64,000 nt of DNA from Candidatus Poribacteria bacterium (GTDB taxonomy: Bacteria > Poribacteria > WGA-4E > WGA-3G): positions 480,001 through 544,000 of the forward strand of contig OZ240248.1 of the NCBI GenBank assembly GCA_965198235.1. Reading direction: 5' to 3'. This document shows, piece by piece, positions 48,495-57,463 of the stretch (within the stretch, counting starts at the first letter, position 1; the number at the start of each line of letters is the position of its first letter). A program made the translations under genes and the position numbers. The notes under the pieces were generated by a model. The model made no database searches. It was not told the DNA's origin and saw nothing but the letters and a program-made list of their open reading frames with translations.

Positions 48495-49337
48495 TTAAAA
48501 AATAAATCGCATTTCCAGAAACAACAATCGACTGCAGAACTCGCCAAGAAGCACTGTGATGATGGCGATAAAGAGGAAACCGGTTGCAGCTCGTGTCGCA
48601 CCGAGCACATCGCGAGCGATAGATTTCGGACGCAAGCAGTCCCATGTAATGAAATAGAGGAACAACGTACCACCGATACCTATAAGTACCCGCATGCTGA
48701 AGATGATTTGATAGAAAAGGTTAAAGGGGATGGTATCTGTGGATTGCTGTCTGAAAAAGAGATTCAGGCAGAGCAACAGTGCCATACCCAAAAGCGTACA
48801 GAGCAGGACGGTATTAAACCGTTTCAGGTAAACCACCGGTAAATCGGGCACTACGAGATACCAATGACCAAACCACATCCCGCTGTGGACTGCACCGAGC
48901 AGCGCGGCGGCTGTCAAGAATTGAAGCGGTAACAGGAACATTTCACCCGGAAGTTGTACGATTTGAAGATACCGCTGGGCACTCAAAATCAGCCACGCCA
49001 CGCCGGAAATAAGTCCACTCAAGAAAAGGAGCCGTGTGAGGAGTGGTGTTTTGAACCACCAACTCAGTGTATAGATAAGGACAATGAGAACGAAACAGAT
49101 AACAGAAATAGACTCGGGATTCTGCCAAGATCCGAAGAAGTTGCGAAATGTGACAGGCTGCTGATGGAGTGCGAGGTTTGCGCATCGCGATAATCCGCTC
49201 ACGAGTAGATAGATGCTACCCATCAAACGGTAGAAATTCGCACCGACTAATCCTGTTGGGACTAAGAGGAGGAGAGCAAACCCACCAACTGCGAGTTGAC
49301 TGAAAACAAGATAAAAGACATCGACGATACTGAACAT
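48495..49337 (-). CDS. Polytopic hypothetical membrane protein
   Basis: About 8 TMs; M..GHWYLV.P and ATG.L.IA motifs. Confidence 0.7.
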   Translation of the reverse strand: MFSIVDVFYLVFSQLAVGGFALLLLVPTGLVGANFYRLMGSIYLLVSGLSRCANLALHQQPVTFRNFFGSWQNPESISVICFVLIVLIYTLSWWFKTPLLTRLLFLSGLISGVAWLILSAQRYLQIVQLPGEMFLLPLQFLTAAALLGAVHSGMWFGHWYLVVPDLPVVYLKRFNTVLLCTLLGMALLLCLNLFFRQQSTDTIPFNLFYQIIFSMRVLIGIGGTLFLYFITWDCLRPKSIARDVLGATRAATGFLFIAIITVLLGEFCSRLLFLEMRFIF

Positions 49338-49441
49338 CGGGGGCACTCGATAATTTCCAACAAGTGAATGGAAATCTCCGGGAGATTGGTTCTAATCAAA
49401 CCGTGCTGACGCTTGTGGCGTTTATTTTTTTACAAAAACGG

Positions 49442-49509
49442 AAACCCATTATAGTTCGCCGTAGAGCGATGAATTGGGCATCGCTATGCTCAAGAACCAT
49501 AATGGGTTT
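49442..49509. repeat. Inverted repeat enclosing a GTAG REP; probable terminator after rplL
   Basis: AAACCCATTATAGTTC/GAACCATAATGGGTTT arms around GTAGAGCGATGAATTGGGCATCGCTA. Confidence 0.6.
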
Positions 49510-49567
49510 ACCTGTCGTGCGCGGTTTAAACACGCGCTGTCTGTGATGTAAGACGGTATGCTTCCGT

Positions 49568-49963
49568 CTATATAATTTCGACGGTGGCACCGAGGGCTTC
49601 GAGTTGTTCTTTAATTTTCTCGGCTTCCTCTTGGGCAATGCCTTCTTGAATGACGACTGGTGCGGATTCGACTTTCTCTTTGGCTTCCTTCAACCCGAGT
49701 CCAGTAATAGCGCGAACCTCTTTGATAACCGGAATCTTCTTGACACCGAAGTCTTTGAGTTGAACGTCGAATTCTGTTTGCTCTTCAGCTTCGGCTTCTT
49801 CTGCAGCAGCAGGGGCTGCTGGCATCATCCCAGGCATAGCAACTGCCGGTGCGGCTGATGCGCTGACTCCGAATTTATCCTCTAAGGCTTTGACCAGTTC
49901 AGAAAGTTCCAGAACGGTCATATTACTAATTTCGTCAATCAATTTTTCCAAGTCTGCGGCCAT
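49568..49963 (-). CDS. rplL: 50S ribosomal protein L7/L12
   Basis: [37 protein letters not shown]. Confidence 0.98.
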   Translation of the reverse strand: MAADLEKLIDEISNMTVLELSELVKALEDKFGVSASAAPAVAMPGMMPAAPAAAEEAEAEEQTEFDVQLKDFGVKKIPVIKEVRAITGLGLKEAKEKVESAPVVIQEGIAQEEAEKIKEQLEALGATVEII

Positions 49964-50092
49964 GTTTGTATCCTTTCTATATGTAGTATCAAATTAACTT
50001 GCTTAGAGATTTCCTGATCAAGTCGTGCGAGGTCAAGTCACGGGGACTTGGTTCCCCTCGATATTTGATATAAGCGCCGTATGCGCTTTGGG

Positions 50093-50659
50093 TTAGGCGT
50101 CTTCCGCCTCTTTCTTTTGGTCGGCAACCTGTGTCAGTACGGAGGTTACCTGACGTATCGTTCCACTGAGTACGTTCACCATACCTGTAATAGGTGAACC
50201 CTGACTTAAGGTGTTAACAAGTCCAGTGAGAGGTGCGCTGATAATCCCGACAGTGCGGGCGATCATGACATCTCGTGATGGCATATCTTTCAGGACTTCA
50301 ACGCCTGCCGCATCAACTATTCGTGTTCCAAGAATGCCACCTTTAACCTTAAAATTTTCGTGTTCCTCACCAAATTCAAGCAAGATTTTTGAAGATGTCG
50401 CCGGATCTGTACCAGTAGCGAGGGCTGTATTTCCTTTGAGATAAGGTGCTAAGCCATCAATACCTCTTTCTTGAGCGACGACGTTTATCAATGTATTCTT
50501 ACAGACCCTATAGCGGATACCGGCTGCTCGGAGTTGGTTCCGCAGTTCGTTAATTTCTGCGACGGTAAGCCCCTGAAAGTCTGTTAGCAGAACAACATCG
50601 GCATTGTCAAAAATCTCACGAATTTGTTCTGTTTGCTGAACATTTGCCTGATTCGGCAT
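50093..50659 (-). CDS. rplJ: 50S ribosomal protein L10
   Basis: GLTVAEINELR, V.KNTL, KGG.L, PSR; between rplA and rplL. Confidence 0.97.
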   Translation of the reverse strand: MPNQANVQQTEQIREIFDNADVVLLTDFQGLTVAEINELRNQLRAAGIRYRVCKNTLINVVAQERGIDGLAPYLKGNTALATGTDPATSSKILLEFGEEHENFKVKGGILGTRIVDAAGVEVLKDMPSRDVMIARTVGIISAPLTGLVNTLSQGSPITGMVNVLSGTIRQVTSVLTQVADQKKEAEDA

Positions 50660-50751
50660 GTTTCAGCTCCTTTCTATGTAGGTTGTATAGTAACCGTGAC
50701 ACGATGCCGTGGTTTTCCTATTAACCTGTTAATTGGGTATACGATTGCATG

Positions 50752-50910
50752 CAAAAAGCCCCCAGCAGGTGTCTGGAGGCTCACATAAAGAGGAGCAAAC
50801 AGGGGGTGATGAGATTTTACGGACGCTTCAATCGTACACCACTTGTTTCTGTTCCATTCAAGCCTCGGTAGGTAATTAAGCCGATGGCACCTACGTTCTA
50901 CGACTCTATT
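50752..50910 (-). promoter_or_regulatory. L10 leader with attenuator-like terminator
   Basis: GTCGTAGAACGTAGGTG..TTAA..CCTACCGAGGC core; AGCCTCCAG/CTGGGGGCT-TTTT hairpin before rplJ. Confidence 0.75.
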
Positions 50911-50947
50911 CAGTTATAGGGCTATCCCATATCGTATCCCGTACGGA

Positions 50948-51646
50948 TTATGCAAATTGTTGTGGGTCTATTCGGATAGCGACTCCCATTGTTGCTGATA
51001 TAGCAACACTCCGAATGTACCTACCTTTCACCGCTGACGGACGAGCGGCAACAAGCGCACCCATCACTGCGTTGAGGTTCTGTTTAATACTTTCTTCCTC
51101 GAACGAAACTTTGCCAATTGGAACATGAACAATACCGGAAGAACGTTCTGCTCGGTATTCGATTTGTCCGGCTTTGATATCTCGGATGGTTTCGGCGACA
51201 TCCATTGTGACAGTACCAGCTTTGGCGTTAGGCATTAAGCCTCGCGGTCCAAGGACTCGCCCAAGTTTGGGCATGATATTTCGCATTAAGTCCGGTGTTG
51301 CAATTGTTGCGTCAAAATCGAGCCATCCGCCAACAATTTTATCGACGAGATCGTCGGTTCCAACGAAATCTGCCCCCGCTTCTTCGGCTTGCCGTGCCGG
51401 ATCGCCTTGGGCAAAGACGACAACACGAACAGATTTTCCTGTTCCGTGCGGCAGCGCGACAGTGCCTCGGATATTCTGGTCTGCCTGTCGGGCGTCTATG
51501 CCGAGACGCGATGCCAAATCCACGGTTTCATCAAACTTCGCACTGCCCGTTTTTCTAACCAGCGAGACAGCCTCGTCTATCGTGTAAAGTTGAAGTCTGT
51601 CTACGTGTTCGTTGATGCCGCTGTATCGATTCCCTCTTTTCGCCAT
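50948..51646 (-). CDS. rplA: 50S ribosomal protein L1
   Basis: KFDETVD, RGTVALPHGTG, LGRVLGPRGLMPN. Confidence 0.98.
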   Translation of the reverse strand: MAKRGNRYSGINEHVDRLQLYTIDEAVSLVRKTGSAKFDETVDLASRLGIDARQADQNIRGTVALPHGTGKSVRVVVFAQGDPARQAEEAGADFVGTDDLVDKIVGGWLDFDATIATPDLMRNIMPKLGRVLGPRGLMPNAKAGTVTMDVAETIRDIKAGQIEYRAERSSGIVHVPIGKVSFEEESIKQNLNAVMGALVAARPSAVKGRYIRSVAISATMGVAIRIDPQQFA

Positions 51647-51741
51647 GTTGTTCTCCATGGGGCATATCTCTATTACCCCGTTTCAAAGTGAACTTATCCG
51701 TATATCAACGATGCTATGCTTCGCCAGACGGATAAGCTTCG

Positions 51742-52164
51742 CTAATTAACCGTCAATCCCATGCTACGAGCGGTTCCTTCTACCATCCGCATTGCCGCCT
51801 CTAAGTCTGTCGTATTTAAGTCAGGTAATTTCGTCTGTGCGATTTCGCGGATTTGCTCCATTGTAACGGAAGCAACCTTGTTCCGGTTGGGTTCGCCAGA
51901 ACCTTTGGCAATCTTTGCTGCGGATTTGAGTAAGATTGCGGCAGGCGGTGACTTTACGCTGAAACTAAACGACCGATCACTATAACAAGTGATGACGGTT
52001 GTCACCACCATTCCGGCTTGATGCTGCGTCTGGGCGTTAAACGATTTGATAAACTCCTGCAGATTAATCATGTAAGGTGCGAGACTGGGACCAACGGGTG
52101 GTTGTGGTGTCGCCTGTCCGGATACTAACTGGAGTTTAACTTCACCTGCTACTTTCTTTGCCAT
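51742..52164 (-). CDS. rplK: 50S ribosomal protein L11
   Basis: ATP.PPVGP, KGSGEPN, GTARSMG. Confidence 0.98.
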   Translation of the reverse strand: MAKKVAGEVKLQLVSGQATPQPPVGPSLAPYMINLQEFIKSFNAQTQHQAGMVVTTVITCYSDRSFSFSVKSPPAAILLKSAAKIAKGSGEPNRNKVASVTMEQIREIAQTKLPDLNTTDLEAAMRMVEGTARSMGLTVN

Positions 52165-52267
52165 TGTTTTTCCCTATTTTGGGTTGTGAGCGTTCCACGG
52201 TGCATTTTACAGTAAGACGGCGCGAACTCACAATCATGGTTCTCTATTTAAACAACGCCGTTTGAGT

Positions 52268-52834
52268 TTAGTTCAATTCTTCCACTTCGAGCAAGCCCAA
52301 GTCAACGGAGGTGGAGCGACCGAAAAGCGAAATGCTGAGGCGTAATCGTTGATGTTCCATGTCAATTTCCTCGATTTCGCCGGGGAATCCACTAAACGGA
52401 CCGTTTATCACCTTGACCTTATCGCCTATTTCATATTCCATTGCGGGCACTGGTGGGGCTTCCTCTTCCTCGGTTGACATCTGGAGCATTGCTTCGACAT
52501 CAGTAGAACTCAGAGGCGATGGATGTGAGGTGGGCCCTAAGAAGTTCATGACTCCCGGTGTTTCCTGTATGAGAGACCAACTTTTTTGCCCAATCGGATT
52601 GTCGACATGTGGACCGAGTTCATGGGTAGTATTAACAAGGACGTAACCCGGATAAGAGGGTCGGAGGCTAACTTTCCGTTGGCTGTCTTTAACCTCTACA
52701 ACCTCAGTTTCTGGGACATTAACTTGCAGGATTTCGTCCTGTAACTCTTCCCTCGCAATCATGTTGTCGAGGTTAAGTTTAACCTTTTTCTCATGTCCAG
52801 TGTATATTTGAACGACGTACCAGTATCCATCCAT
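52268..52834 (-). CDS. nusG: Transcription termination/antitermination factor NusG
   Basis: WYVVQ.YTGHE, YPGYVLV, TPGVMNF, KOW GPF.GF.G, LFGRST. Confidence 0.97.
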   Translation of the reverse strand: MDGYWYVVQIYTGHEKKVKLNLDNMIAREELQDEILQVNVPETEVVEVKDSQRKVSLRPSYPGYVLVNTTHELGPHVDNPIGQKSWSLIQETPGVMNFLGPTSHPSPLSSTDVEAMLQMSTEEEEAPPVPAMEYEIGDKVKVINGPFSGFPGEIEEIDMEHQRLRLSISLFGRSTSVDLGLLEVEELN

Positions 52835-52865
52835 ATTCTGATTCACCAGTGTATGCACATTATCG

Positions 52866-53288
52866 TTAGCGAATAAAGAGGGTTCTGAGGAAAGCCATAC
52901 CGAAACCTTCAAGGGAATTATTCAGGACATATTGGTTTACAAGTACAACAATTAAGGGGATACAGGCTATTGCTGCCGCTATCACTTTCCGACTTCCCTC
53001 GTTCCCATCAGACAATTCGGCTTCTCTGCTACTTTGCGGCTGATTCTCCCAACTTCGCATAATAAAGAAAACAACAATTGGGAGAGCGACCAGAAAGATC
53101 CAACCCAGCGGGTTGTTCCATTGCGGAAAAGCGGAGTTGCCATCGACTAACCCGATGTAAAGTCCTAACAAAGCGGAAGCAACAATAACAGTAATAGTGC
53201 TTCCTTGGACTTCTTTGGCATCCGGTTTAGACACTCTTTGCCATTCTTGATTAATTCCCTGAATGTAATTTTTCAAACGAGCTATCAT
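52866..53288 (-). CDS. secE: Preprotein translocase SecE with an extra two-TM insertion
   Basis: Lies between tRNA-Trp and nusG; E.QRVS.P..KEV..ST..V...LYI..VD core. Confidence 0.85.
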   Translation of the reverse strand: MIARLKNYIQGINQEWQRVSKPDAKEVQGSTITVIVASALLGLYIGLVDGNSAFPQWNNPLGWIFLVALPIVVFFIMRSWENQPQSSREAELSDGNEGSRKVIAAAIACIPLIVVLVNQYVLNNSLEGFGMAFLRTLFIR

Positions 53289-53300
53289 AAGATTAAAAGG

Positions 53301-53374
53301 CAGGCCAGGAGGGATTCGAACCCCCAACATTCGGTTTTGGAGACCGACGCTCTAGCCGTTGGAGCTACTGGCCT
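53301..53374 (-). tRNA. tRNA-Trp (CCA)
   Basis: Cloverleaf AGGCCAG/CTGGCCT, anticodon loop CTCCAAA, GTTCGAATC. Confidence 0.97.
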
Positions 53375-53451
53375 GCAAGTTTTGCGTAGGAGATCGCACA
53401 CCTAATATTTAACGGTTAGAGTGGTGTTGTCTATGTCACCTACTCAAAAAG

Positions 53452-53604
53452 TTATCGCGTTTCCTTGTGGGATGTATGCTTTCGACAGAAGCGACAGTAT
53501 TTCTTCCGTTCGTATCGATTTTGGTTTGTCCGGCGGTTCCGGGTTGTCACATAATTCCGCTGACTACATACATCACATGCTAATGTTACAATGTCTCTGG
53601 GCAT
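53452..53604 (-). CDS. rpmG: 50S ribosomal protein L33 (Zn-ribbon type)
   Basis: LACDVC..RNY.T, KKYCRFC.KHT.HKE. Confidence 0.97.
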   Translation of the reverse strand: MPRDIVTLACDVCSQRNYVTTRNRRTNQNRYERKKYCRFCRKHTSHKETR

Positions 53605-53628
53605 AATAAGCACTCTACTTTCGATAAA

Positions 53629-53704
<76 letters not shown>

Positions 53705-53724
53705 AAAAATAAAAAACACCAACA

Positions 53725-53797
53725 AGCGGGAGACGGGAATCGAACCCGCGACACATGGCTTGGAAGGCCAATGCTCTACCAGCTGAGCTACTCCCGC
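53725..53797 (-). tRNA. tRNA-Gly (TCC)
   Basis: GCGGGAG/CTCCCGC acceptor, loop CTTCCAA. Confidence 0.97.
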
Positions 53798-53949
53798 ATA
53801 ATACGAAGTTGGGAACTGCCATACTACTGAAGCATGGTAATCTGGAACCTATAGCGAATGCGCTCGTAGTATGGAAAATTTGCAAACTGCTCCGTGGACC
53901 CATCCCTCGACCAGATCCCGCTGCGATGCTACTTCGTAATAAAAGCAGA

Positions 53950-54031
53950 TGGGGGCAGATGGATTCGAACCACCGTAGGCATAGCCAACAGATTTACAGT
54001 CTGCCCTATTTGACCGCTCTAGCATACCCCC
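53950..54031 (-). tRNA. tRNA-Tyr (GTA)
   Basis: Loop CTGTAAA, long variable arm, GGTTCGAATCC. Confidence 0.96.
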
Positions 54032-54040
54032 ATTAAGAAA

Positions 54041-54112
54041 AGCTGACGAGAGGAATCGAACCTCCAACCTAGTGATTACAAATCACTTGCTCTACCATTG
54101 AGCCACGTCAGC
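54041..54112 (-). tRNA. tRNA-Thr (TGT)
   Basis: GCTGACG/CGTCAGC acceptor, loop TTTGTAA. Confidence 0.97.
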
Positions 54113-54122
54113 AGCACTTTTA

Positions 54123-54151
54123 ATTATACCCACTTTATTGGGAATTGTCAA
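54123..54151 (-). promoter_or_regulatory. Consensus sigma70 promoter of the tRNA operon
   Basis: TTGACA-17-TATAAT. Confidence 0.85.
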
Positions 54152-54226
54152 GTGCCTTCAATTTTTTTGGCGATTTCTTCGGCGAGAGGTTGTTTTGGTA
54201 GGAGCAATTTCCGCCATTGACGAGAT

Positions 54227-54571
54227 CTAAATACCTTCCTCGCGCTCCTCTGCGTCAGTATCTTGTTCGCGTGCGAGGAGTTCTTCATCGAATATATCAC
54301 TCCCGTCGTCTGAATCCTGCGAGTCGGTAAAAATCGACGGTGTATTCTGGGCTGGTGCTTTGACCTCGCTTTTTTCAAAGTGAAGTTTACCTTCAACCAA
54401 TTCTTGTGTTGCAATGGCGACAGGTTTCTTCTTTTTATCTGCAGTGCTTGAAGGCGCAATAGGCAAACCGTCTGCATTTATATCTCTGGCGCGTTTTGCG
54501 GCAATATTCACTGCAAGATATTTATTTGATACGCGTTTCACTAAGTCCTCGTTGTAAACCACTTCGTTCAT
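54227..54571 (-). CDS. rpoZ: RNA polymerase omega subunit with acidic C-terminal tail
   Basis: NKY.AV..AAKRAR.I, KPV.IA..E...GK; AGGAG RBS. Confidence 0.9.
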   Translation of the reverse strand: MNEVVYNEDLVKRVSNKYLAVNIAAKRARDINADGLPIAPSSTADKKKKPVAIATQELVEGKLHFEKSEVKAPAQNTPSIFTDSQDSDDGSDIFDEELLAREQDTDAEEREEGI

Positions 54572-54662
54572 TTTGTTTCTCCTCATTAAATATAGATTCA
54601 GATCAAACGTATTATAATTATACTTAATTTTCCTTAAAAGTCAAATTAAAATGGCAGAAAAG

Positions 54663-54691
54663 TTGACAAACAGGTTATAAAATGTTAAAAT
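54663..54691 (+). promoter_or_regulatory. sigma70 promoter for mqnC
   Basis: TTGACA-17-TAAAAT with extended TG. Confidence 0.6.
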
Positions 54692-54742
54692 TGAATATTA
54701 GATTCGGCCTTAGTATGCTTTATGAATTGAGGAAACTTGTAA

Positions 54743-55810
54743 ATGGATACAAACATCCAATCTATCCTTGAGAAATCGCTTGCGGGAGAACGGTTAGACT
54801 TTGACGACTGCCTGACGCTTTTCAAGAGCCACGATTTACTTGCTCTGGGGCACGCTGCGGATATTGTCCGGCAACGCAAACATCCGGAAGGCTACGTCAC
54901 TTACATTGTTGACCGAAACATCAACTATACCAATTGGTGTTATGTTGACTGCGATTTTTGTGCTTTTTACCGCCATCGTCGGGATCCTGACGCTTATGTT
55001 ATGGAGCGGGAAGAACTGGGGAAAAAGATACAGGAAACACTGGATCTTGGTGGTGAGTTGATTCTCATGCAAGGTGGATTGCATCCGAAACTCAAACTTG
55101 ACTGGTACGAAGATCTCCTCCGTTGGATCAAAGCAAATTACCGCATTCATATCCATGGGTTTTCCCCCCCAGAGTTGGACTGGTTTGCCAAGATAAACCG
55201 TATGTCGTTGCGAGAAATGCTTATCCGGTTGCGAGATGCTGGGCTCGATTCGATTCCTGGCGGCGGTGCAGAGATTCTCACTGACCATGCCCGTAATGAG
55301 ATTAGCCATAAGAAGTGCACCGCTGATGAGTGGCTGGAGGTCATGCGTCAGGGACACTTGGTTGGACTCAAGTCAAGCGCGACGATGATGTATGGGCATG
55401 TAGAAAGTTACGCCGAACGTGTTGAGCACCTCGTCAGGCTGCGTGATTTGCAAGATGAGACAGGTGGATTCACAGCGTTTATCTGCTGGTCGCTACAACC
55501 CGCCAATACCCGTATGGATCACATACCACCGGCAGGGAGTTTTGAATATCTCAAAACGCTTGCTATTTCGCGATTGTTCTTGGATAATTTCGACAACTTT
55601 CAATCTTCATGGGTAACCCAAGGTCCGAAGATCGGGCAATTATCACTTAAATTCGGTGCGAATGATATGGGTGGTACAATGATAGAGGAGAATGTTGTCA
55701 GCAAAGCTGGAACGGTCTATTGTATGCCGATTGAGGAGATTGAACGCACTATAGCCGAGTTAGATTATATTCCCAAACGCCGCAACTTCTTCTATGAACT
55801 CCTTAATTAA
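54743..55810 (+). CDS. mqnC: Cyclic dehypoxanthinyl futalosine synthase (radical SAM)
   Basis: VTYIVDRNINYTN.C...C.FCAFYR, QGGLHP, SIPGGGAEIL, QSSWVTQG, GAND.G..M.EENVV. Confidence 0.93.
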   Translation: MDTNIQSILEKSLAGERLDFDDCLTLFKSHDLLALGHAADIVRQRKHPEGYVTYIVDRNINYTNWCYVDCDFCAFYRHRRDPDAYVMEREELGKKIQETLDLGGELILMQGGLHPKLKLDWYEDLLRWIKANYRIHIHGFSPPELDWFAKINRMSLREMLIRLRDAGLDSIPGGGAEILTDHARNEISHKKCTADEWLEVMRQGHLVGLKSSATMMYGHVESYAERVEHLVRLRDLQDETGGFTAFICWSLQPANTRMDHIPPAGSFEYLKTLAISRLFLDNFDNFQSSWVTQGPKIGQLSLKFGANDMGGTMIEENVVSKAGTVYCMPIEEIERTIAELDYIPKRRNFFYELLN

Positions 55811-55881
55811 TTACCACCGGAGCCTTCACCCCGACAAAGTGTCGAACCCTCAAATTGAGATTGCTCGGCTTAGAGTTTGAG

Positions 55882-57327
55882 ATGCCTGATACCCGTCCCA
55901 ACATCCTTTTAATCACCACCGACCAACAACGTGGTGATTGTTTGGGCTTGGACCCCAACGGGCCCGACTGCCTACAGACACCAAACTTAGATTGGATCGG
56001 TCGCACCGGCACGCATTTTCGCCGTGGATATGCTGAATGCCCGAGTTGTATTCCGGCTCGACGTAGTTTGATGACCGGTACCGCGCCAGCCGCCAACGGT
56101 GGGGTTGGATTTAAAGGAGCACCGTGGAACCCGTCCCATACCCTGGCAGGTGAATTGTCTGCAGCTGGTTATCAAACCGAGATGATCGGCAAACTACACC
56201 TGACCCCACCGCGTAAACGGTACGGTTTCGACCACCTCCAACTGGCTGATGCCACCCGTGGGGATGATAACGACTATGTCGATTGGTTGCGGCAATATCA
56301 CCGCCGCAACGATGTTCATCCGGGTGTTGCCCACGGTGTCTCCGCTAACGGATGGATCGGTCGCCCGCATCATCTACCGGAAGAGCAGATGCACACCTTC
56401 TGGTGTATCGACCGCGCCCTCAATTTTCTGCAAAAACGCGACCCGACGGTGCCCTTTTTTCTCAACATCTCGTTTATAGATCCACACCCACCGTTAACTC
56501 CACCGGCACATTATTACCAGCGCTACATCCAGCGGGATATTCCTTCACCCGTGATTGGTGACTGGGCACCCGAATTCGAAGGAGCTGAGAAGGGGTTAGA
56601 TCCAAACGCTTGGGAAATCTGCCTCGACGACCACGACATGCAGTGTGCTCGTGCGGCTTATTACGGGATGATCAATTTTATCGACGATCAGATCGGCCGC
56701 CTGATCCAGTCCACGGGCGGACTGGCGGACTGTTTGATCGTTTTCACCTCCGACCACGGTGAGATGCTGGGCGATCACAACCTGTACCGAAAAACCTGGC
56801 CCTACGAAGCCTCGGCACGAGTGCCTTTTCTGATACGGGCCCCGGCGAAATGGGGCTACCGAAAAGAATCCGTCTGCCAAAGTCCCGTCGGTCTACAGGA
56901 CATCATGCCCACCATTTTGGACGCTGCCGGAGTTGAGATTCCCAGTATCTGCACTGGTAGAAGTCTACTACCCATCATGCGAGGGGATACTGACCGGGTG
57001 CGGGACCATCTGCATGGAGAGCACTCCGGTTGTTACGATTATAGTCATGGTAACCACTATGTAACCGACGGACATCACAAGTACGTGTGGTATTCCCAAA
57101 CCGGTCAGGAACATCTCTTCAATCTACAGGACGATCCCCACGAAACATACGATCTGGCAAGCTTAAGTGGATCGGAAACCCTCCTAATCCCCTGGCGGAA
57201 TCGTTTGATCGAGTTTCTCCGTCACCGTCCCGAAGGCTTTACCGATGGCACAAATCTCATAGTGGGGCAAACGCATGATGCCTTGCTGCCGGACTATCAT
57301 CCGGATGCCACCTATCCGTACTCATGA
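55882..57327 (+). CDS. Arylsulfatase (choline-sulfatase-like)
   Basis: RPNILLITTDQQRGD, CIPARRSLMTG, GKLH, PHPP, SDHGEMLGDH. Confidence 0.92.
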   Translation: MPDTRPNILLITTDQQRGDCLGLDPNGPDCLQTPNLDWIGRTGTHFRRGYAECPSCIPARRSLMTGTAPAANGGVGFKGAPWNPSHTLAGELSAAGYQTEMIGKLHLTPPRKRYGFDHLQLADATRGDDNDYVDWLRQYHRRNDVHPGVAHGVSANGWIGRPHHLPEEQMHTFWCIDRALNFLQKRDPTVPFFLNISFIDPHPPLTPPAHYYQRYIQRDIPSPVIGDWAPEFEGAEKGLDPNAWEICLDDHDMQCARAAYYGMINFIDDQIGRLIQSTGGLADCLIVFTSDHGEMLGDHNLYRKTWPYEASARVPFLIRAPAKWGYRKESVCQSPVGLQDIMPTILDAAGVEIPSICTGRSLLPIMRGDTDRVRDHLHGEHSGCYDYSHGNHYVTDGHHKYVWYSQTGQEHLFNLQDDPHETYDLASLSGSETLLIPWRNRLIEFLRHRPEGFTDGTNLIVGQTHDALLPDYHPDATYPYS

Positions 57328-57463
57328 CGTGTGTTCAACCTAAACACACTTTCGACAGCAGTGGATAGCACCCACACAAGCGTGCGGGGTCGAAATGCTA
57401 TCCAACAGGCTTAGTAGCATTATAACATATTTGCTAAAGCATGGAGATTTGGCGGGAAGAGTG

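Noticed and set aside
53802-53938. SRP RNA, 6S RNA or ribozyme in the tRNA spacer
   Set aside because: No SRP GGAA-loop/AGCAG motif, not a 6S-like rod with central bubble, no hammerhead CUGAUGA/GAAA core
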